Shown here in pieces: positions 1-6,441 of a stretch of 10,586 nucleotides of DNA. Numbering within the stretch: the stretch's first letter is position 1; each line of letters begins with the position of its first letter. The position numbers and the translations under genes were made by a program. The stretch is from Pseudomonadota bacterium (GTDB lineage Bacteria > Bdellovibrionota > FAC87 > UBA2466), in contig JAYUGC010000141.1 of assembly GCA_043767805.1 (NCBI GenBank), positions 1-10,586 of the forward strand, in the 5' to 3' direction. Under the pieces are notes generated by a model. It was not told the origin of the DNA. It did no database searches and saw nothing but the letters and a program-made list of their open reading frames with translations.

Positions 1-962
1 TTGGCGATGTTGCGCTGGTACTCGCCTTGCTGAGCGGCAATCGACTTGCGCGTGTCACCCAACTGATCGGCGAGCCCCTGCATCTTCGCGTTGTACTCTT
101 CCTTCTCCTGCGCGAGCTTCTGCGCGTGCGCCTTTTGGCGTGTTTCCCGCTCGGCCGCCGATAAACGTTCCTTGGCGAGGCCAGCCTCGAAGGCAGCGCG
201 CTCTTTGGCGAGATTACCTTCGTACATGCCCTTTAAGTCACCCATGGCTTTTTCAAATTGCCCGCGCTGCGCTTCGAGCTTGCCCCGGTACTCGGTCTCC
301 TGCCGGGCCGCCGCCGCCTGGGTTCCCGTGAGGCGATCGGACAAACCTTTGAGCTTCGCGTTGTACTGATTCTTTTCCGCTTCCATCTGAGCGAGATGCC
401 CGCGCTCGCGCGCCAGCCTCGCCTCGCCCGACAATTTTTCTTTGGCTAAGCCGGCTTCGAAACGCGCCTGGGCCGCCGCGAGCGACTTGCCGTGCTCGTC
501 CGTCAGGTTCGCCATGGCGCTTTGGTAACCAGCCGCTTCCTCGGCGTAGCGCTCGGCCGCCTTCTCTTTGTCGCGGCGAAGGGCTTCGTTTCTCGCCTTC
601 AGGCCTTCGAGCTGGCCTTGAAACTCCTTCTCGCGGCTTTCGAGCTGCGACGTGAAACCTTCGCGCTGCGTCTCGAGTTCTTCCTGGTGCCGTTTCTGAC
701 GGAGTGCGATGGTCTGACCAAGCGCTTCCTCCTTCTGTTTGGCGAGCTCCTTGGCTTTGGCAAGCGTCCCTTCGATATCGACGAGCTGCTGAGCGTAGCG
801 GGCCTTTTCCGCCTCGATCTTCTGTTTATATGCTTCTTCCCGCTTCAGCTGTTCTTGCGTCGTCAGCTTCTCTTTCTGCAAACTTTCCTGAAAGCGCAAG
901 CGCTCTTCGGTGAGCTTGTTCTCGTGCTGGGCTCTCACCTGACTCAAAGAAAGCTGGTAGGT
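1..962 (-). repeat. Internal ~85-90 aa protein repeats (3 copies visible) in the coiled-coil protein
   Basis: Cores RFQESLQKEKLTTQEQLKREEAYKQKIEAEKARY, RFEAGLAKEKLSGEARLARERGHLAQMEAEKNQYNAKL and AFEAGLAKERLSAAERETRQKAHAQKLAQEKEEYNAKM. The anchor Phe codons start at 893, 461 and 191 (spacings 144 and 90 aa). An exact 14-bp DNA repeat cttcgcgttgtact lies at 84-97 and 354-367, 270 nt apart. Confidence 0.85.
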
Positions 963-1796
963 CTCGCGCTCCTTTTCCAGCTCGGCCAAAACCTGCTGCT
1001 TTTGGGACTCGACCGCCTGAAGCTGCCCCTGAGTTTGCTCGAGCTCCTGAGTGCGTTGGGCGATGACCGTGCGGGTCAGCGCGAGCTGGGCTTCGCTGGA
1101 CTGGTTCTCTTGCTGCAAGGCCTGAACGCGCTGCGCGCTTTCCTTCTGCAGCCTCACAACCTTCAGCTTCATCTCCTCGCGGGTACGCGCGTTCGTCGCC
1201 TTGGCGGTCTCCAGGCGATGGACCGACTCTTGAAGGGTTTTTTGAATCTGAGCGATGCTTTGTCGGTTCTTGCGGATGCTGGCTTCCTTCTCCTGGATGG
1301 AGCTTTGCAGCTGCGCGATGTCCTCGCTCTTTTTACGGATCACGCGGTCGCGGCTCTTGATCTCTTTCTGAGCCAGCTGATTGGTCGCGATGATGTTCTT
1401 GATGATCTTCTGGTAGCGGTTGAGATCTTGCTCCTTCTTCGCCGTTTGCTTGGCCTGATCGAGCAGCCGTTCTTTTTCCTGGCCCGCGTCCCCTTCCAGA
1501 AGCTCCATCTGGGATAGCAATTCGCCATACATCTTTTGTTCGGCTTTCGACTGATGGGCCACGTAGTCGTCCTTCAAGACTTCGTACGCCCGGAGCTGTT
1601 CTTTCAGGGACTCAATCTCTCTCTGCGCTTCCCGCATTCCCGAGCGCTCGACGACTACCGCGGAAGTCGAGCGCAAAGTCGCGACGACGTAGAGCACGAG
1701 ATAGAGAATAGAGAGAACCGTGGCAAGATCGCTGTAGGACGTCCAAAACCCGCCTTCTTCAGCCCGCTTCTTGATTTTGTCGTAGCTCAAGGACAT
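1..1796 (-). CDS. Large single-pass membrane coiled-coil protein with a MotB/ZorB-like N-terminal TM motif (partial, runs off the left edge, >598 aa)
   Basis: Manually translated from the ATG at 1796 with no stop to position 1. N-terminus MSLSYDKIKKRAEEGGFWTSYSDLATVLSILYLVLYVVATLRS shows a basic cytoplasmic tip, a W-x-S-Y-S-D-L motif and a hydrophobic helix. The remainder is E/K/Q/A/R/L-rich helix with no Pro or Cys. Not in the ORF track, presumably because it has no stop in the window. The Leu/Phe-rich + strand ORFs 258-449, 492-1517 and 1536-1802 are its in-register antisense shadow. Confidence 0.92.
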   Translation of the reverse strand, partial: MSLSYDKIKKRAEEGGFWTSYSDLATVLSILYLVLYVVATLRSTSAVVVERSGMREAQREIESLKEQLRAYEVLKDDYVAHQSKAEQKMYGELLSQMELLEGDAGQEKERLLDQAKQTAKKEQDLNRYQKIIKNIIATNQLAQKEIKSRDRVIRKKSEDIAQLQSSIQEKEASIRKNRQSIAQIQKTLQESVHRLETAKATNARTREEMKLKVVRLQKESAQRVQALQQENQSSEAQLALTRTVIAQRTQELEQTQGQLQAVESQKQQVLAELEKERETYQLSLSQVRAQHENKLTEERLRFQESLQKEKLTTQEQLKREEAYKQKIEAEKARYAQQLVDIEGTLAKAKELAKQKEEALGQTIALRQKRHQEELETQREGFTSQLESREKEFQGQLEGLKARNEALRRDKEKAAERYAEEAAGYQSAMANLTDEHGKSLAAAQARFEAGLAKEKLSGEARLARERGHLAQMEAEKNQYNAKLKGLSDRLTGTQAAAARQETEYRGKLEAQRGQFEKAMGDLKGMYEGNLAKERAAFEAGLAKERLSAAERETRQKAHAQKLAQEKEEYNAKMQGLADQLGDTRKSIAAQQGEYQRNIA

Positions 1797-1798
1797 GG

Positions 1799-3037
1799 CT
1801 AAAAGACCCACCCCAGATCGAGTTGAAGCGACGGTAGAATCCCCGAGTGGTTCAAGAACACGCGCGCGGTGGAAGTCTGAGGCAGAAACAGCGCGCCCAG
1901 CCCGGCACTCGCGGTGAGACCGGACGCCCAGGACCAGCGCCAACCCGCGGTCGACGAGAACAGCGGCATGAAGACCGAGTCGTCCACCCCGGCCCGGGAT
2001 AAAGTCAGGGGCCCGGCCCCGGCGGCCATTTGCAACCAAAGCCCTTTGGGAAATATTTTCGGAAAGTACGTTACCGTCCCCAACACACCAACGCCCGACA
2101 CACGGCCCCCGCCCAGCGCCTGACTCGGAAGCAGCAAGGCACCTCCGAGGGTCACACGCGGATAGAGCGCCCGCGCGTAATTGACGGACGGGACCAAGGA
2201 GAGCAGACCCATGGTAAAAATATCGCGGCTGCCGTTTCGGAACGTAAACGTTTCGGCGACCGCCGCCGTATGACGTTCGCTTCCGTCGTCGGAATCGCCT
2301 TTCACGTGGAGAGGAAGTGGCATGGGCTTCACCCAGTCGCCTTCGTCGAAGGAGCCTTTAGCGCTCAAAATTCTGACTTCGGCGCTGAGGGGAAAAGCTT
2401 TGACCACCTCGCCCCAAGCAACGGGCTCTCCGGCGCTGATCACGCCCAAAGTGTCCCCAATCTTCCAGGGCTTGACGAGCGCCTGGCCGATCACGAGCGA
2501 GCTGCTCGAATCTTCGACCCGCAGCACGCGAGCTTTGCCGGGTGCCTCCTTCACCGTATCGCCGGACGCAAAGGAAGTGCCGCTCGACCAGAAGAGATCG
2601 ACGCGAGCGGCGAGGGAATCGGACTTCGCGATCTCTCCGCAGCCCAGCGGTTCCGACTTGCGGTAAAGGCAAATAGTGTCGCCCGGCTTCCATCTCTCTT
2701 TTCCCGCGTGGGTGATGAGAGCGGCTTTGCGATCGGTGACCACGCGGTACACCTGTGCCGTGCCTTCCGCTCGATCGACGAGATCGCCCAAGCGAACGGT
2801 CCCCTCGACGGGGGCGAGCACTTCCACCACGGCGCCTTCCGGAACTTGTTTAATGACCCAGCCGCAAGCGACTTTCACCGGCCCGTGCAAAATGCAGACA
2901 GCGTCCCCCGTGGTCCAGGGAATTCCCGCGGCCGGCGTGATCGTGAATCTTCCGCCATTCATCGTGACGGAAACCACTTCCGCGGCCCAGGCGGGACTGG
3001 CCAAGACCAGGCCCAATATCAGGACACTCCGCCTCAT
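1799..3037 (-). CDS. Outer-membrane protein: signal peptide, three tandem small beta domains (FlgT C-terminal-like) and a C-terminal beta-barrel, 412 aa
   Basis: The ATG at 3037 gives a Sec signal MRRSVLILGLVLASPAWA|AE and is preferred over the ORF-track start at 3094. Three repeats have a 75-aa period. The C-terminal ~140 aa are Gly/aromatic amphipathic strands ending LQLDLGWVF, a BAM-type terminal Phe signature. Confidence 0.85.
   Translation of the reverse strand: MRRSVLILGLVLASPAWAAEVVSVTMNGGRFTITPAAGIPWTTGDAVCILHGPVKVACGWVIKQVPEGAVVEVLAPVEGTVRLGDLVDRAEGTAQVYRVVTDRKAALITHAGKERWKPGDTICLYRKSEPLGCGEIAKSDSLAARVDLFWSSGTSFASGDTVKEAPGKARVLRVEDSSSSLVIGQALVKPWKIGDTLGVISAGEPVAWGEVVKAFPLSAEVRILSAKGSFDEGDWVKPMPLPLHVKGDSDDGSERHTAAVAETFTFRNGSRDIFTMGLLSLVPSVNYARALYPRVTLGGALLLPSQALGGGRVSGVGVLGTVTYFPKIFPKGLWLQMAAGAGPLTLSRAGVDDSVFMPLFSSTAGWRWSWASGLTASAGLGALFLPQTSTARVFLNHSGILPSLQLDLGWVF
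2318..2983 (-). repeat. Three tandem 75-aa protein repeats
   Basis: aa 19-92, 94-167 and 169-240 share A-x-V-x-x-V ... W-x-x-GD-x-[VIL] ... G-x-[VI]-x-K ... A-x-V ... GD-x-V. Repeats 1 and 2 each carry a C-x9-C pair; repeat 3 has lost both Cys. Confidence 0.88.
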
Positions 3038-3044
3038 GTCCAAG

Positions 3045-3072
3045 TTATCGGAATTTCTTGCCGAAAGGTTGA
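3045..3072 (-). promoter_or_regulatory. Candidate sigma-28 (FliA/SigD-type) promoter
   Basis: Minus strand reads TCAA-N16-TCCGATAA versus the consensus TAAA/TCAA-N15(14-16)-GCCGATAA. The -10 element ends 7 nt before the ATG at 3037. Confidence 0.5.
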
Positions 3073-3109
3073 TTCCGCGCGAAGTTCGCCCCACCTGGGA
3101 GCAAGGACT

Positions 3110-3877
3110 ATGAAAATCGCTACTTGGAACGTGAACTCGGTAAAGGCCAGGCTGACCCGCCTACTCGCTTTTTTGGAGCGCGAGCAGCCTGACGCGCTCT
3201 GCCTTCAAGAGCTGAAATGCGAAGCGGATAAGTTTCCTTGGGACGCGGTGCGGGAAGCCGGTTATCAAGCAGTGGCCCTTGGCCAAAAGACCTATAACGG
3301 GGTCGCCATTCTCGCGAAGACTCCCCTCATCGACGTCCGGGAAGGCTTCGGCGACGAGAGCACGGACACGCAAGCGCGCTGCCTATCGGCCATGGTCGAC
3401 GGCGTGCGCGTGGTCAACGTGTACGTGCCGAATGGCCAAGAGGTCGGCACTGAGAAATATATCTACAAGCTGCAATGGTACGAGCGGCTTTTGAAATATT
3501 TCGGCACTTACTCCCGCGACGAGAAGCTCGTGCTTTGCGGAGATTTCAACGTCGCCCCCGAAGATCGCGACGTCTACGATCCCGAAGCGTGGCGCGGAAA
3601 AGTCCTTTGCTCCGATTTGGAGCGCGCGGCGCTCACGAAAATTTGCCAGTGGGGCCTCACTGACACTTTCCGTAAGCATCATACGAAGCCTGGGCTCTAT
3701 TCTTGGTGGGATTACCGCGCGGGAGGATTTCCACGAAACCTGGGCCTCCGCATCGACTTCGTTTTAGCCACCGCGCTGCTCGCGGAGGTCTGTGTCGCGT
3801 CCCGTATCGATCGAGACGAGCGAAAAGGAGAGCTCCCTTCCGATCATGCGCCAGTGATCAGTGAGTTCGAGCTCTAA
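3110..3877 (+). CDS. xth: Exodeoxyribonuclease III (AP endonuclease, ExoIII family), 255 aa
   Basis: Motifs MKIATWNVNS, LCLQELK, GQKTYNGVAIL, VYVPNG, LCGDFNVAP, YSWWDYR, GLRIDF and PSDHAPV. SD-like GGAG/AAGGA lies upstream of the ATG at 3110. The 615-aa ORF in the track is this gene plus a spurious N-terminal extension. Confidence 0.97.
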   Translation: MKIATWNVNSVKARLTRLLAFLEREQPDALCLQELKCEADKFPWDAVREAGYQAVALGQKTYNGVAILAKTPLIDVREGFGDESTDTQARCLSAMVDGVRVVNVYVPNGQEVGTEKYIYKLQWYERLLKYFGTYSRDEKLVLCGDFNVAPEDRDVYDPEAWRGKVLCSDLERAALTKICQWGLTDTFRKHHTKPGLYSWWDYRAGGFPRNLGLRIDFVLATALLAEVCVASRIDRDERKGELPSDHAPVISEFEL

Positions 3878-4188
3878 CGGAGCGAGGATGCGAGCCAGGC
3901 GAGATAGTCTTTATTGCCCGACTCGATGGGCAAGGAGATCACGCAAGGCAGTTTGTAACTGTGGAGCGCTTTCACGGTGGCGATGAGCGCGTCGACCTGA
4001 TCTCCTTTGGTTTTTGCAATGAGCACCGCCTCCTGACTCGTCTCTATTTTCCCTTCCCACCAGTAGTGGGACTCCATCCCGTCCAGGATGTTCACACAAG
4101 CGGCGAGCCGTTTCTCGAGCAGAGCACGGCCAATGGCTCGCGCCTCGTCTTTCGAGGAAGTCGTGATGTAGCAAAGCTTCATGTCCAT
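3874..4188 (-). CDS. cutA: Divalent-cation tolerance protein CutA, 104 aa
   Basis: YITT...EARAIGRALLEKRLAACVNI...SHYWWEGKIETSQE...KT...VKALHSYKLPCVI is the CutA1 pattern. Alternative start at 4182. Its stop overlaps the xth stop by 4 nt (convergent). Confidence 0.96.
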   Translation of the reverse strand: MDMKLCYITTSSKDEARAIGRALLEKRLAACVNILDGMESHYWWEGKIETSQEAVLIAKTKGDQVDALIATVKALHSYKLPCVISLPIESGNKDYLAWLASSLR

Positions 4189-4195
4189 GAAGCGG

Positions 4196-4204
4196 AAGAT
4201 AGCA
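4196..4204 (-). promoter_or_regulatory. Extended -10 promoter for cutA, probably leaderless
   Basis: TGcTATCTT is followed by 7 nt and then the ATG at 4188. The upstream sequence is pyrimidine-rich with no SD. Confidence 0.5.
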
Positions 4205-4232
4205 CCGGGGAGGGAAGGAAACGAGGGGAGGC

Positions 4233-4526
4233 TTACTGAATTTCGTCGCTGAGCTTGTTCAGATCGTCGATCTGCTTGTTGACGTTATTCATGGCCTTGC
4301 CACCGAGCCCATTCATTTCGGGAGTCGCGGATACATCCGCGCCGGTCATGCCTTTGAATTTCTCCATGGCCTTTGCCAAGGCGTCTTTCATGGATTTTCC
4401 CATCTGCTCGACTTGAGTGATCATCGCTTCGTCCTCACTCTCTTCCTGGGCGGAAGTTTTCGGACTGGACTCGGCATTGGCTTGAAAGCAGGCGAGACAA
4501 AGGATGAGGAAAACAGACCGGATCAT
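4233..4526 (-). CDS. Small secreted helical hypothetical protein, 97 aa
   Basis: GGAGG SD 7 nt before the ATG at 4526. Signal peptide MIRSVFLILCLACFQANA|ES, then an acidic, Met-rich amphipathic helical mature region. The ORF-track start at 4778 overlaps the upstream gene and is unlikely. Confidence 0.8.
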   Translation of the reverse strand: MIRSVFLILCLACFQANAESSPKTSAQEESEDEAMITQVEQMGKSMKDALAKAMEKFKGMTGADVSATPEMNGLGGKAMNNVNKQIDDLNKLSDEIQ

Positions 4527-4582
4527 TGAAAGACCTCCGTAGACATTCAACGTCCAAGCTTCGCCTGGAGGCTGATAGAGAG

Positions 4583-4591
4583 ATCGTAGCA
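4583..4591 (-). promoter_or_regulatory. Candidate extended -10 promoter for the 97-aa gene
   Basis: TGcTACGAT on the minus strand in the 4527-4594 intergenic gap; no convincing -35. Confidence 0.4.
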
Positions 4592-4594
4592 TTT

Positions 4595-5383
4595 TTAGAG
4601 GCGGTTGAGACGCCGACGTAGAAAAACGCTGCCGGTTACGGCAGTTGTGAGTACGGCACCGCCTAAGAAAGGTACAAGATTGAATAACAAAACGACAGTG
4701 CCCAGCCCCAAAGTGTGGAGCCGGTGCTCTCTGGCAAACGCTCTCCGTTCGCGCCGCGCCCTGCCCCGCACCGACCACGGATATTCCATGAACTCGGCCC
4801 CCAGCTGAAAGGAATTGAAATACCAGCTACCGAAACCCGCCAGCGGCGGCCCCGCGACGGGAATCAGATTGAGACCCATGAGACAGAAGTTGCCGAGGAG
4901 AAGCTCGCTAAGCCCTTTCAAGTTGTCCGCCAGATCGCGCCCGAAAGGAACGTCGTGCAGCTCGCCGTCCGCCACGCCAAGAGTGCGCTCCACTTCCCGC
5001 GCGAGGGCCACGTAAAAGAGACTGCAGAAAATCACGCTGAAAGCGAGAGCCGTCGCAAGACCCGCGCCGATTACGAGCGCGCCGACTCCCAAGCCAAGCA
5101 CGAGCTTCAACACGGACGTCCACCACATGTCCGTAAAATGAGAAGCCGCCCATTGATAGAGCTGCCACCCCCCAAAGGAAAAACCGATGAAGGCCACCGT
5201 CGTGACGAGGCCATTAAAAAGCAAAGGCAGGATTCCGTAGCGCCACAGCCGCCGGTGCGCGCGCATGTACACGTACCCTTCCCACGGCACGCGCATGCCT
5301 TCCAGAAAGCCGGCGAGGCCGCGCGCTTTGGGTTGATTCAAAAGGAACTCGCTTAGAGGGTCTCGGTAAGGGGTCTCACCCAT
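4595..5383 (-). CDS. EI24/CysZ-like domain membrane protein, ~262 aa
   Basis: EG-x-RVPWEG...LWRYGILPLLFN, several TM segments, F-x-SLFY-x-x-LAREVE, LNLIPVAG, GAEFMEYP-x-x-x-RG and LVPFLG follow the CysZ/EI24 pattern. Start taken as the ATG at 5383 (GGAG upstream), overlapping the upstream gene by 31 nt. Function not assignable. Confidence 0.82.
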   Translation of the reverse strand: MGETPYRDPLSEFLLNQPKARGLAGFLEGMRVPWEGYVYMRAHRRLWRYGILPLLFNGLVTTVAFIGFSFGGWQLYQWAASHFTDMWWTSVLKLVLGLGVGALVIGAGLATALAFSVIFCSLFYVALAREVERTLGVADGELHDVPFGRDLADNLKGLSELLLGNFCLMGLNLIPVAGPPLAGFGSWYFNSFQLGAEFMEYPWSVRGRARRERRAFAREHRLHTLGLGTVVLLFNLVPFLGGAVLTTAVTGSVFLRRRLNRL

Positions 5384-6441
5384 GCTTTGCTCATCTCCGG
5401 GCGCGCCGTCGGATTGTCGACCGAGAAGCCCGCCGTAATGGCTTTGCCTTCGAGCCGCTGCAGCCAAATCTCCGCGCCGCCGGGCCCCGATCGCAGGGCC
5501 GCAATGGTGTGATAATCGACGAGAGCGAACCCGTCCAGCTCTCCTTCCCCGGGCAAATCGAAGAGCGGCGTTTTGACCGCCGGTCGTACCGACGCATAAC
5601 CGAGGCCGAAGCCTTGGGACGTCGCCGGGTCCATCCAATGCGTGGTCGAAATTTCGGTCGCGGCGGCAAAATCCGCGCGGTACACGCGGATACTTCCCGA
5701 GGCCTTCGCTTCGGCGACGAGAAAGCGATCTTTGGTCACCACCGCCGCGCCCACCACCCGAGAGGTGAGCGTGTCCAAAGGATAGAAATGAGCGCGGTTC
5801 AAAAGGCCGATGCCGGGATCCCACTCGAGCACGCGCGCCCACGGCGTTTTCTCGCCGAGCGCAGTCTCTCCGAAAAGATAGAGCCGCCGGTCGAAGGCGA
5901 AGATCGGACCGAAGGGCTCGGCTTTCAGCGCGGCGGGAAGGCGATCCACACCGCCGAGACCCGAAGCGTGCGGCACCCAGCGAGTCACGGGCTCCCCATC
6001 TTTGCCGTACTTGAACAGGCCGGGCGCTTCTCCGTCGCTAAACCAAAGCGAGCCGTCCGCCATGACGGACAGATGACGGAGCGTAAACGGCACTTCGGGG
6101 CCGGGCGCGCCGAGCTTTTGCCCGTCGGAAATTTTCACCACACCCCGATCGGGAACGAGCTCGAGCTTCACCATTTCGAGATGCCGCTCGGTATCGGTCA
6201 CCGTTTCGACTTCGCTCAAGAATACGAGATTGCGCGACCCGTTCTCTCCCAAAAAGTGAAGGCCGCGGTAGCGAGACGGCGCGCTCGGATCGGGATAGGA
6301 GGCGACTGGATTTTTCTGGCTCTTCGCGTTTGGAACCGTGGCCCCGTCGACGCCCACCGCCCGGCGGCCCTTTTGGAGCTTGAGCGAAGCGCAGCTACAC
6401 AGGACGGCAAGCGCGAATACCGTTCCCGCGCTAACCCGCAT
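5353..6441 (-). CDS. Lipoprotein with a degenerate 'esterase-like activity of phytase' beta-propeller-like domain, 362 aa
   Basis: Lipobox-like MRVSAGTVFALAVLCS|C. Segments DGSLWFSD...PGLFKYGKDGEPVTRWVP...LPAAL, RVLEWDP, HFYPLD, FLVAE, VYRADFAAATEIS and VRPAVKTPLFDL resemble the phytase-like family layout (recognised by eye). Confidence 0.65.
   Translation of the reverse strand: MRVSAGTVFALAVLCSCASLKLQKGRRAVGVDGATVPNAKSQKNPVASYPDPSAPSRYRGLHFLGENGSRNLVFLSEVETVTDTERHLEMVKLELVPDRGVVKISDGQKLGAPGPEVPFTLRHLSVMADGSLWFSDGEAPGLFKYGKDGEPVTRWVPHASGLGGVDRLPAALKAEPFGPIFAFDRRLYLFGETALGEKTPWARVLEWDPGIGLLNRAHFYPLDTLTSRVVGAAVVTKDRFLVAEAKASGSIRVYRADFAAATEISTTHWMDPATSQGFGLGYASVRPAVKTPLFDLPGEGELDGFALVDYHTIAALRSGPGGAEIWLQRLEGKAITAGFSVDNPTARPEMSKAWVRPLTETL

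Noticed and set aside
492..1802. + strand ORFs 492-1517 (341 aa) and 1536-1802 that look like Leu/Phe-rich membrane proteins
   Set aside because: They are the in-register antisense of the E/K/Q-rich coiled-coil gene; the hydrophobicity comes from complementing GAA/AAG/CAG codons.
1..3037. Calling the locus a Zorya defence system or flagellar motAB
   Set aside because: No ZorA/MotA, ZorC/D/E or flagellar genes are in the window, and the flanks are housekeeping genes. Only the B-subunit motif is shared.
3038..3094. ORF-track start of the OM protein at 3094
   Set aside because: It adds 19 polar residues before a clean signal peptide and runs through the candidate promoter.
2030..3109. Apparent 360-aa N-terminal fusion to ExoIII in the 615-aa ORF
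   Set aside because: It is antisense to the OM protein gene. ExoIII starts at the SD-preceded MKIATWN at 3110.
5384..5842. N-terminal extension of the EI24 ORF to 415 aa
   Set aside because: Arg/Gly-rich off-frame read of the phytase-like gene; family-like sequence starts only after 5383.
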